Source of the DNA: Rhodosorus marinus CCMP1338
Lineage: Eukaryota; Plantae; Rhodophyta
NCBI GenBank assembly: GCA_029953675.1
Contig: JAMWBK010000002.1
Location: 1-64,000, forward strand
Direction: 5' to 3'
DNA: 64,000 nt
This document shows positions 45,043-56,900 of the stretch, piece by piece. Position 1 is the first letter of the stretch; each line of letters opens with the position of its first letter. The notes below the pieces were generated by a model. That model was not told the DNA's origin. It searched no databases and saw only the letters and a list, made by a program, of their open reading frames with translations. A program made the translations under genes and the position numbers.

Positions 45043-48000
45043 GTAACCGTAAGCTTTAATGGGCAGCTGCCTACTGCAGCGCAACACTACGTCTAATCCT
45101 ATCTAGGGAAAAACTTACTGGAACCCCGCTACCGGGGTCTCATGCTACGTTCAAAAGAAAAAATAGGCACCAGCGGAGTCTCCAGCTGGTCCACGCGCAA
45201 AGCGCCTAATGCTATCTCCGCGTTACCTCGCCATAGTTGCCGGTTTATCTGGGATCTCACGTCTCTCAGCTCCTCACTCCTGTGCAGTAGGTGTTTGCAG
45301 CTGTCGCGGAGGAACTCTTGTGCCATTTGCCGCGTACGCCCAAACGTCTCTGTCGCTATCAGGATGAACTTGTCATCCGGTTTCTCGATCACCATCGCTT
45401 CCTTGTAGTGAGCGATTTTCCACTTCTCTGCAGCTCTCGCCGCGTATCCGCTATCATCTTGGCTCCGCCGCAAATATTTTCCCAGTAATGGTGACACCAC
45501 CGTCACGTCCAGCGCATACCTTTGTTTGGTCCTCGGATGCCTAGCAACGATATCAGGTCGCAGTCCGTAGTTCTCGAAGTACCCCTCAGGTTCTTGCTCT
45601 ACGTCCATGAAGTTCCATCGCCTCAGCCACCGTGCCAGCTCTCTGCAGATTTCGTCGTGCCTACGTTGCCACAGTCCAGTTGATGTTGGGCAGTGATGAA
45701 ACCGTTGTACCCCAGTCCTTCCGTGTTTACTCCGGCAACTAGTGCACTTCTCGGTGGTCCGCAATCCCGGAATTGGCAGCCCCAGCAGTTGTCGAACGTT
45801 TACCTGCATCCCAACCGCACTCAATTTTTTCGGTGTCAGCGTTGGTATTTCACGCAGCCAGACTCCCGACCCGGATCCCGCGGCGGACCGTATTCGAGCT
45901 CGGTTTTCAGGGGAGATTCGTGGGTTGGTGACCAAGCTTTGGAATGCACAATGGTGTGCCTCTCGAGAGAGGGTTTGTTGTATTGAACCATTATTCCAAG
46001 CTGCAGTCTCGCCCGGTGCGCTTCGAAGAGATGTTTCGCGCGGTTGTTGCAGGGTGGTCAGTGCCAAGATCCGCGGCGGGGTTTCTGGTCCGAGCCTCCG
46101 TTGTATTGCTCGCGACGATGCACAGATCTGGTCCGCCAGCTGTGCAGTCGACCATCGTTGCTTTGTCGGCTCGTATGTGTCTGGTGAGCGTTCTGCCGAA
46201 ACCTCCCGCTCTAGTTCAGTCAGGTATGGCCATTCATCTTCATTGTTCCGGAAGGTGTTTCTCCATGACGAGTAAAACGCGATGGGTTGGACGCGCTTTC
46301 GAGTAGCGAAACCCAACCCCCCCACCGGCAGGGCAGAGCGATTTGGTCCGAGATCAGCTCTGCGTACTCGTCGTCCTCTACAGCTGTCGTAGCGAGGCCT
46401 CCGAATAGAATTTCCAGATGATATCTGGTCATCACATCCGCCTCGCGTGCCAGATTTCTTCCAAACTCGTATGCGAGGCATCGTAGAACATAGTCTAGCC
46501 GCGTTTCCGCACAGAACCTGAAGAGGGCAATTTGCGTCGTAAGCTCCGGTTGTGGGAGCTTGGCAATTTCCTCAAAGACTTTCTCATGCTTATTTTGCAG
46601 CCCGCGGCACTCCTGTTCGATAAATTCTCCGCTGCCTATCGGTATCGAGTGGATGGTGACTCCGTCTCTGGTCACTTGGACTCCAGGAATCTCATGGTTG
46701 ACCACTCGCGTGGTAGTCAGTGTTCGCCCGTACACAGTGCACTTGCCGAGTTGCAGGCGTGCTCCAAGAGAGGGGAGCACAGTTTTTGCCCATGCCAGGG
46801 ATGCCTTCAAGGCTTGTAGCGACCCGACAATCGTGATATCGTCGTGGATAGCAACAATAGTTTCGTTGGGGAACTTGGCTCGCAACGCTCTTAGAAAGGG
46901 CGCCAGGGATAGTGCATGTAGTGCCGGCCCCAGTGGATCTCCCTGTTGGACTCCTGTAGCTGCTTGGAGTGTCAGGCGAGAGGTGTCGGTTTCGTTCTGC
47001 CCAGGGGAAGATCGCCAGCCACGGAGCGTCGGTGAGTCCGCGTTGTCGCTTCCATAGCCAAGTCTATACACTGGTGCAAGCTCCGGGAAGTGCTCGTCCA
47101 CCAGTTGCTTAGCAAGGCGTCGGTCGATGCGGCTAAAGGCATTCTCCAGGTCTAGCCGAAGGACCGCCGAATCGGGTTCGCATGACAAATGGGCCTGGAT
47201 CGCGTGAAGTGAGCGTTCGCACCCGCCACTTACTCCAATACCCAGTTGTAAGGGCACCACGAGCTCACGCACCCTGTCCATAACCGCGTGAAGAGTTCAT
47301 TGCGTTGCTACCTTGCGCAAAAATTCTGGTACTCCGATAGGGCGAACTCCGGGATGTTCCTGCGGCACTGAACCCTTGTTGGGCTTCGCGAAGGGCAGGA
47401 GTCGACTGCTGCGAAGGGCGCGGGTCAGAGCCGGGGAAAATTTCTCCGGAGCGGTCGCGAGTTGTCGCAATAAACGAATCAACGCCACTTGCGTCTGTTG
47501 AGTTGCACCTTGGAGGTGTTCCGCTCGGAGACCTCTAGGGCCTGGGCTCTTGCCCTGAGGAAGACGTGCCACGATCGACATGAGGCCCTCGTCGGCCGCT
47601 TTTCTTGAATTCCACCTCCGCTTAAGTGTTTCGGTATTCAGAGCGAGCAAAGATTCCAGGGCTTGTGCAATCTCGTCTGGTAAGTCACCTTCCGCCGGGT
47701 CGGGAAAGAGCGCTTGTAGTTGTTTCCACGTAGCCGCGGTAAAAGGTGCCATTTCGGTGGCCTGTAGGCTCCGAGCTGCATCTGAAAGGCGGCCAAGGTG
47801 TGCTAGTTTCAACGCTCGCTTGTGGCGCCCGAGATGTTTGCGTCGAACCGCTTCAGCTCCTTGCGGTGCGGTAGTATGCGACAGCATAGACGCCTTGTTC
47901 TCTAGAGCGCTCCGGACCGTAGAGAATTCTCCTTCAAGCACGTGCGATACCTGAATGCCAACATCAAGTGCAGAGTGTCCAAGGACAAGGCCTGGAAGTC

Positions 48001-49977
48001 CGACAAGAAGCAGGCTGGCGTTTGTTGGTGCGGTGCTGTCCATACTGAGCTCTAATGCAGCACGGAAGAGGCAGCTCCATGTATGGACCTGGCCGCGTGG
48101 CACAAATCGCCGTGTGGGAACCGGGCAGTGTGTAAGGCGCGTCCACTGCCTGCCTCCCTCGGTGACGTCGTCGACGAAGACGCTCCACCGTCTGATCCAG
48201 TCTTGACGATCCGAGAAGAACAGAGGCTCGTCGCGGCGTCGTTTGATTCCCCTACGTCTGCTCGGCATTATTGCGCTGGGTTTTCCTGGCTCTCCTGCGT
48301 GTCCATCGCGTGATGGTTGCCGTCTAGGGCAATCTGTGTCACAGTGGTATCATGTGCAGTCTCCACGGCTGCCGGAGTCATCTCAGTATCCGGTCCGGTG
48401 CCATCGGCGGATACTCGCGAGCGCTTCTGTTGAGGTGGCTCCGGGAGGTTGCAGAGGAGCTCCGCATGGGGGTTGTCCTCGTGTACTGCGTTCTCAGGTA
48501 CTTGGGAAGTCGCGCTGGTCTCAACCGGGGCGTCAACTGTCCCACGGTCTGCCTGTACATCCCCTGGAAGGGACGAGGCTTCAGGGTCTGCGTTCGAAGC
48601 GGCTGCAGGCCCAGGGGGTTCCGCGCGCTCGCCGGGTACCTCCTGCGGATGTTGTCTGGCTTTTAGGAGCTCTAGTCGTCCCTCCAGATACTCGTAGAGC
48701 GCTGCGAGAGTGTGGAAGGAGAATTGTCTCCTGCGGATCCTCGAGCGAATGCGGATAAGCTGCTCGATGGCCCGCTTCAGCGTGTGGGCAGCGATATCCC
48801 CGGGAGCGATGGTCTGACGTTCGAGGTAACCCAGAAGGTTGTCTGGGTCCAGCGCCTGGCCAGTGTAAAGGCTTACTTGTCGATCGGGGTGTCGTTGTGT
48901 GAAGGATCCGAAAATCCCAGTCCGGAAAACTCCTCGGGAGATGGCACTTTGGAGAATCGGAATTGCGTCTGGATGGCACAGCAGGCAGGCATGGGAGGCA
49001 ATAAAGTCCACATGCACCACATAAGAGCTGGGCATACCCAGTGCTCTGCAAAGAACCGTTGCAAAGTCCGCAGGGGCCACCTCATCCAGCCTTGGGGGTC
49101 GGACATTCCGTAGCGTCGCGAGGACTGGAGCAACATCGGGTCCCAACCAGACCCCCCGACCGTAGCGTGCAGTTGCCGCAGGGCAGCCTGCTGGGTTTGG
49201 GGTCCGGGGCGTCCAAAAGTTCTGGAACGAGCATCTCCTTCTCTCCCTGGTTCTTTCTGAGCTGCAAACTCGGCGCAGGTTGGCCTTGTAGGGCCCTCCC
49301 CGATGGCTGGGAATGCCTCCGCATAGTGTCCTAGATCTCGGACACCTGTCCCTCCCTGGGGCGCAGGGAGCCGGGTTCCTAAATCATGGACGTCATAACT
49401 TCCTGGCAGTCGACCGTTACGGTAACCGGTTTCGGGGGCGAGGTGGTTGCCTACGGCCTGTCGCGGGAGATCATGCGGAGATGGTGCAGAATTCGTAGTA
49501 GAATTCGTAGTAGCGGCTCCACCTTCCCACATACCCGGTTTCCGGGACAACTCCGTAAGGCGCCCGGTGACGCCTTGCAGCTCTTGAGAGCTGTTGACCC
49601 GCGAGTACAGTTGAAAAAAGGCTTTGTAGAAGTCTGTAATTTCGGACGCAGCGATGCCCAGGTCCTGGTAGCATCTGTCGAAGCTACGCAGTCGATGCAA
49701 GAATGTGGCTGCCGGGTCGGTTGTGGCTCCAGACTCGGTCCGCGTTCTTGCTTGAACATCGCCTGCTTGTGGTTCCGTCGGTGCCTCCTGCACGTCGCCA
49801 TCAGACTGGTGCTGGTGCCTTTGCAAAACTTCCCGGGTGCCCGAGGGGTCCGGGCCCTGAATGACAAGCGGTTCGGGGTACGGCCCGCGTACCTCCCTCA
49901 CAATCATCTTCGGACTCTCTTACGAACTTTTCCTTTTGTCTTCCTTACGAACTTTTTCCTTTTTACCCCGTAAACCG
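45043..49977 (-). mobile_element. Near full-length (~4.9 kb) family A CRE-like element, two ORFs, three inactivating lesions
   Basis: ORF1 49907-48268 (1-nt deletion near 49141). TAATG overlap into ORF2 48268-45129, which has TGG>TGA at 47297-47299 and a 1-nt deletion near 46320. RT VAIHDDI, CTSCRSKH..FHHC, RLE, and the conserved tail. Confidence 0.92.
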
Positions 49978-50490
49978 GTAACCGTAAGCTTTACTGGGCA
50001 GCTGCCTACTGCAGCGCAACACTACGTCTAATCCTATCTAGGGAAAAACTTACTGGAACCCCGCTACCGGGGTCTCATGCTACGTTCAAAAGTAAAGACA
50101 GGCACCAGCGGATTCTCCAACTGGTCCACGCGCAAAGCGCCTAGTGCTATCTCTGCGTTACCTCGCCATAGTTGCCGGTTTATCTTTAACGTCTCTATCG
50201 CTATCGGGATGAACTTGTCATCCGGTTTCTCGATCACCATCGCTTCCTTGTAGTGAGCGATTACTTCTCCGCAGCTCTCGCCGCGTATCCGCTATCATCT
50301 TGGCTCCGCCGAAAATATTTTCCCTGTAATGGTGACACCACGGTCACATCCAGCGCATACCTTTGTTTGGTCCTCGGATGCCTAGCAACGATATCAGGTC
50401 GCAGTCCGTAGTTCTCGAAGTACCCCTCAGGTTCTTGCTCTACGTCCATGAAGTTCCATCGCCTCAGCCACCGTGCCAGCTCTCTGCAGA
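49978..50490 (-). mobile_element. 5'-truncated family A 3' fragment, head-to-tail with the previous copy
   Basis: RLE and tail. Its 5' junction abuts the motif tract TAACCCAGACTAATGTAACCCCAG (50491-50514). Confidence 0.88.
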
Positions 50491-50781
50491 TAACCCAGAC
50501 TAATGTAACCCCAGTGATCGTAAGGGCCGCTGGGGTAGAATTTTCCCCACACGTATATTGTTGAATCTACTGAATATTTGCATCTGGTAAAATGGGAAAA
50601 CCTGCGCTTGTCGGACTTACTCCATATATTGTTGAATCTACTGAATGTTTGCATCTGGTAAAATAGGGAAAACGTCCTCCTGTTGGCGCATGGTTGTAGC
50701 CGGACAGAACGACACCAGCAGGGCCTGGCCGACAACGGAGAAAGCCAGGAGACGTCAGGCTAGGCGAGACCAAGGGGTAAC

Positions 50782-52695
50782 TGTAGCCAACCGTGACACC
50801 AAAAATAGAACATAGATGACTACCAAAAATAGCAGTGTGTCTAGATGAGAGAAAGTAGAGGCCTAGTCTGAGGGTGTAAATAGGCTAGGACGGAGTAGAA
50901 TATGATAGGGCTTAGCAAAGAGAAGTCAAGGGGAAAAATTCTTTGGACTTATCAAGCAACTCTTCGTGAGGGGGTTACTTAGACGAAAAGATCCAATATT
51001 TGGTGGATTTCCGGGGCTGAAGCCGCTGGAACCTGGTGATTGAAGAAAAATGGAACCCGTCCTCCTCCGGGTGCGTGGATGCGCGCGGTTGCTCAACTAC
51101 TAGAGCAACAACAGCGGATGACGGAGCTGCTTGTGCAAGCGCTACAGGAACAGCTACAACAACAACAGCAGCAGTAACAGCTACACAACAGCAACAGCTA
51201 TAACAACAGCAAGGAGCTCGATCGGGACGACTACCAAAGAAATATGAGTCCCCGACATTCGACGGTACATCAGACGTCGAGACATTTATAAGCGAGCTCG
51301 AGCACCTGAAGGCCGTTTATGTCCTCGAGGAGGACAGTGATTTGCTTTCCATCGCGGTTCCAGGGCTTGCGAAGACCGTTACCGAACGGTACCGCACTCT
51401 CCCCTTGGCACAACGGACAACGTGGGCAGCGTTACAAAATGCCCTGCGAACGCGATTCGCCAGTCACAATCAGAATGTGGACTTGGCGACAAAGCTGACG
51501 AGGATGCGTCAACGGGAAGGGGCAACGGTTAATGAATCTGCACCGGAGTTTGAATCCACATTGGATCATCTTCGTAGGTATGACCCTGAGTGTCTTTGCG
51601 AATTCATGCAGATTCAGCTGTTTGTGCCGGGGTTGCGGACTCATGAACAACGTAGGTTTCTACGTCAGTGCACTGCGACGAAAGACACTGCAACACTCCA
51701 TAGAATTGGCAGTGTCAATTCCCGAGGACATATCGGGACCCAGGCGGAAGATGACGAAGACGCGAGGTAGAAACGAACGGACGGCCCGGCCGAGTCATGA
51801 TCAGCACAAGATCGTCTCCCAACCGCCACCTCACCTGGATGCACCAGTACGAATGGCGGTTGGAACGGTGCGCGGGCCGCGGCAACGACGTCAGAGCCAG
51901 AAAAGTAGGGTGAACATCGTGGAGGCACCGTCTGGCAAGAAAGATGGGAGTGAAGACCCGGCAACCCGGGTATTGAGCATCTTGCAGGAACTGACGTCCC
52001 CGACCAACCGCTGCTGCGGATTCCGGCAGAAGTAGGCGGCGTCAATGTCCATGCGATCGTGGACAACGGAGCGCAGGTGAACCTCATGACGACCGCGGCA
52101 GCCGCGAAGATGAAAATTACGGTGCCTAAGGAGACCGAATCGCTGGGTGCAGCGTTCGGACAGGCATTCCGAGTAGGTATAGTCAGGAGGATTACGGTGG
52201 AGTGTACACCCAAGTGGCGCAGTCAGGAAACGTTCCGAGTCGCGGAACGGGGAGTGCCCGAAGTCATCCTGGGATTACCCTGGTTAAAACGCAACCGGGT
52301 AATAATTCATCCGACGGGTTGGTGACGGCGGTCAACGATCTAGGGCAGGACGAATCACTACGGTGCCTCAAACTTCAGCCTACGCCGAGTAATATCACGG
52401 AGGTGCTCCTGGTCGGACGAAAGGAAGTAACAGTCAACGGTGATGAGAACATCGGTGTTCTCCAAATCCGCGAAATGGAAAATCCTGGAACGACGAAGGA
52501 AGTGAGCGCAGCCGACTACCAAAACTAGCAGTGTGTCTAGATGAGAGAAAGTAGAGGCCTAGTCTGAGGGTGTAAATAGGCTAGGACGGAGCAGAATATG
52601 ATAGGGCTTAGTGAAGGGCAGCCAGGGGGAAAAATTCTTTGGAATTATCAAGCAACTCTTCGTTAGGGGGTTACTTAGGCGAAAAGATCCACTAC
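50782..52695 (+). mobile_element. Ty3/Gypsy remnant (LTR-PBS-gag-protease-partial LTR)
   Basis: Direct repeats ~50817-50995 and 52514-52691. PBS TGGTGGATTTCCGGGG (51001-51016, tRNA-Ala-like 3' end with U70). Gag TWAALQNALRTRF; protease HAIVDNGAQVNLM. Confidence 0.8.
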
Positions 52696-53039
52696 TTCTA
52701 TTGGACTTGCTCCGTGTATTGTTGAATCTACTGAATATTTGCATCACTGAATCCAGCTTTTCTCACAGGCGCGGGGTCTTCCATACAGTTTCCGCAAAGA
52801 ATTTTTTCCTTCTCCCATGATTTTGGTAGTTCTCGGAAGTTCTCCACCTTTCTCGACTTCATCAGTGCTGACTATAATGGAGTGCTTCCATAGATTTCAA
52901 AACCTAAACACTCTCTCAACCACTGCCGACTGACTCGCACGCTCTGAAAACCACAGCTCTGTTATTTCTCTAAATTTCTTCGTGCAACATTTTCCCTCCC
53001 TAGTTCTTAGTTCTCTCTCACTGGTTCCAGCAAATCATT

Positions 53040-53230
53040 GTGGAAAGCTTTGGTCACGTAAGTAAGTCGGGTTTGGAGTGGTAGCGGAGTAGCGCTTCAG
53101 GCTATGCTAGTGAAGCCCAGTAAAGTCCAGTAAACCAACTGCACCCCTCGTTTCCCTCTTGCAGCATAAAACATTTCACGCCTTGCGTAGCGTTGCTACA
53201 TAGCACTTCAGGCAATTTTAGTAAAGTCCC
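53040..53230 (+). mobile_element. Shuffled family F 3' fragments
   Basis: GGAAAGCTTTGGTCACG..., GTAGCGCTTCAGGCTATGCTAGT..., and AGTAAAGTCCAGTA match the family F RLE and tail. Confidence 0.7.
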
Positions 53231-53967
53231 ATTTCGTAGACCTCAGCTCTTTGTTTATTTTTCTACTATTTCCTACGCGACTACCCTTTCTCGTATCCCA
53301 AAACCAGGATTATTTCGACGCCAGATTGTCCTTTCGATAAAGTCGTCACAGCCATGTTCCCGCTCCGCAAACACGATGGCTCAGAACCAATGAAAATCGA
53401 GGTTTCTAAAAATAGAATTGACATAAGTTCGTCGAACAAAATGCGTCCCAACTGAATGCTAAGGAATTAGTTGATGACTGAACAGCGAACCTAGAGGAGA
53501 AAGAACTTTCAGTCCTTCAGCATCCGCTTAAACCATTGATTCATAGTTTGAGTTTGAGAGAAAAGGGTCTGAAGAAAAGCAAAGACTACGTGGGGTTACC
53601 ATGTCGTGCCTCGAACATCAACGCCAGGTTCATACAAACCACATTAAGGAAACCCCCTTCGACGGATTGACCGCGCATCGTAGCGAAAACATTCCATCGG
53701 TGGTGTCGAGGAGAAAATCGATTTTCTTCCCCAAGCTGAAAGATGCTTTTGTCGTGAACTTTGATCAGTTTCCGCGGACGCGGGAGCTCTAGCTTCCTTA
53801 AAAGCGGTTTTGTTTGTGGAGAGTTAGACACGGTGTATGTGTATAAGAAGAGTCGCTGGGTGGATACGGGGTGTTGGGATTGATTGAGCGAGCCGTGAGT
53901 GCTGTGAATAGAAGAGATCTTTGTAAGGTATAGTATTGCTATAGACGGGATTATTAAGTTGGAGAAG

Positions 53968-56900
53968 ATGTTACGTTTGAAGATGTTGCAGGCTGCTGTC
54001 TGCTGTGCGACGGTGTTGTGGGTTTCGATGCACCCTGGGGTCGTGGGGGGGGTTGTGACAAACCCGTCTTCAACTGATGCCTGCGACGGTTGGGGACTGT
54101 CTAGTGAGATCTGCGCTATGGCAGTAGACATTAAGTATTCGGTGGTCACTACGGATTCGCAGAGCACTGTGAAAATCTATGCACCGTACTTCTACATCCT
54201 CGACTTCACAAAGAATGACACTGATACCACAATGTTTATGGGAACTAACACGACGGTGCATATCTACGGATTCTACGTTCTGATAAAGGGAAAGGCTGGA
54301 GTGAGCGCGAACATTCGAGGTTCCAATCTAATCATTTTGGCCTCAATCATCGACGTCCAGACGGACGGATCGTTCTCTCTGGATATGAGAGGGCCTCCAC
54401 GTGAAGTCGACCCTCCCTTGGTTCCACATAAAATCCCACCTCCCCCGCCTAGAGAACGTTTCCTGGGACAACAGGGAATTAATGGTACACAAGGGGCTCC
54501 CGGATTGCCTGGAACGGAGGGCTGGCCCGGTGGGACAGTTGTCTTCGTATCAAAGCAACTCAACCTGACCTCGTTGCACCAGGGGGGGCACAAAATGCTG
54601 TTCCTCGACGACGGAAGCCCTGGGACACCGGGTGGAAAAGGGGGTCCAGGACAGCAAGGAGGACAGGGATCTGACGGAATCAGCTGCAGTTTCCACAGGA
54701 CTGCTAGTGGTTCATCGAACGACAGGAATTGCTGCTACGAATGTGACCCTATGGACATTCATCCTTTTAACGGCTATAAAAGATGTCGAAGCTACCAGGC
54801 CGGTAAGGCGGGATCTGGAGGCCCAGGAGGTCCTGGTGGACCAGGTGGCGATGGTGGACCTCCTGGATGGCTATCTGTGTATGCAAATTCAGCGGGTGAA
54901 GCGGGAGGCAAGCCGATAAGCAACGAGGAAGCGTTGAAAATACTCGAATCGTCGTCGAACTATGGACAAGGGGGTTCAGGAGGACTTGGCGGTGACGGTG
55001 GAGGTGGTGGTGTAAATAAACCGGACGCGCTCTGCACGACGTATAAGAAAGACAATTTTTTTTGGGTTGAATATAAAGGCGACAAGGCCGTCAAGCCCGT
55101 TGGTGTGCAAGGCTCCCAAGGTTCTCAAGGGGCCAAGGGAAAAGATAGCGGCTGGACCAGACCGACGTTCATACGAGCGACGACAAACGCTACAGGGCAC
55201 CCATCAGATCTGAACAAATTCGAAAACCCGCAGCAATGGGCCGACTTCGACCCTGAGCCAGCGGAGTACCTTCAATTCGGACTCGAACTTTCGGAGAACA
55301 TGCTCAATTCGCTGGCCTTCATGGACGACGATGAGGCGGCTCAGAACGCGTACAGCATAATCCTTCAATCTGTGAGCGATATAATGTACAATGCCCAGCT
55401 GTGGGCCAATCGGGCCAATCCGGAGGATAAGAAGGTGTTCTCCTCCTACGTGAACAAGGCCAGAACATTGATCAAGAGCATCAACAGGGTGAGCACACCT
55501 AGCGGATCATCTCTCGGCGAAGTGTCAGTGAAGAGCTTCGAGTCACAGCTCGATGATTTGGACAGCTTTCGAGTACTCGCCCAGGAGGTGGAAGGTTACT
55601 ATGATGAATACGCGAAGAATGTAAACGATACCAAGACGTCTGAAAAGATTCTCGCAGAATCCACTAAGAGCTCTCTGGTAGGAGTTCAGGCTCAGACGAG
55701 ACTGCAGAATGAGCTCCTCACAGCGCTACAACAGATGAATAAGACGTTGGATGAGGTTGCTCTGAATATTCATCTGGTCCAGATGAAGCTCGGAGATAGT
55801 GAGTTCGAGTTGGATGCGTGCTGGGAGAAAGCTCAAGCGATCCTCAAGTTCAAGACCATGATGGAGTTCGTCTCTTTCTTCACTAGCGTGGCTGACTTTG
55901 GATTTGGAGCGACCAAGCTGCTCGGGAAGGCCTCCGATGTGCTGTCCAAAGATGAAGGCTGGTTCAAAGGAATCGAGGCTGCATCGGGGTACAAGTTCGC
56001 CTATATTCCGGGAATGATCAACAACCTTGAAAAGCTTATACCTGGAACAGGACAAAGCGCAAACTGGGCACCGTACGAGTCGAGCATGAAGCTCATCAGT
56101 GGAGATCAGAGTTCTCTGGACGGTTACACCGGGGATCTACAGAACGTGCTGGCGGGAATATACCGCGCAAAAGACTATGATGATGCTCAGGGAGTTTACG
56201 AAAAGATGAAGAAGGCGCAGGATGACTACAAGAATGCAAAAATCAACATGGCCAAGTCTGAGATTACCAACAAGGTTAACGGCATGAAATCTGCGTGCCC
56301 CGGGCAGGCGCAAAACTTTTTCCGCAACTTCGACACGCTCCAGATGTGGGTCAACCAACGTAACGACCTGCTTGCTGTATACACGGCAATTAAGGTATAC
56401 TTTGACCGAGTCACCGCGAAGAAGCTTTACTTGAGGAATGTTGCGCAGAGGCTTCTGACCCAGCTTCAACAGAACATCGTCAACCCTGCATCGATCGCCG
56501 TGGCTACCGTGCACCAAGAAACATACAACATGATGGTTGACGAGTTCTCGAAGAAGCTCGGTCTCGTCCTCAACGCACGGAGCTACCTCATGATGGGAGC
56601 GGATAAAGATACGTTGCCCAAGTTGGCCTTTGCAAACTGCCGGTGGGAGACATCGATTCTCAAGAACTCGGGTAACATGTTCTTCAAGTGCTCAGCGGAC
56701 GCTATTTTGCAGCTGAAGAATTCACTGTCTCATTGGCACACGAGCGTTTACACTGAAAAGCAATTGGCGCACTGGTTGTCATACTGGGGCCCAATAGAGT
56801 TGAACGAGAAGACCGTGGGTGCTGGTCGATGGCAGGATTTCAAGACGACTGGCATCATCAACTTCTGTATGGATCCCACTGAACCGATCTTTAACCGGGG

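Noticed and set aside
45021-45048. rRNA or spliced-leader RNA gene as the insertion target, as for R2 or SLACS/CRE1
   Set aside because: The flanks contain only the 16-mer tract; no rRNA-like or SL/Sm-site-containing sequence was recognised around any junction.
49900-49980. 5' HDV-like or hammerhead ribozyme, as in R2 and some other RLE elements
   Set aside because: I could not identify CTGATGA/GAAA hammerhead cores or an HDV pseudoknot by eye at the 5' ends. An RNAMotif or Infernal search would be needed to exclude them.
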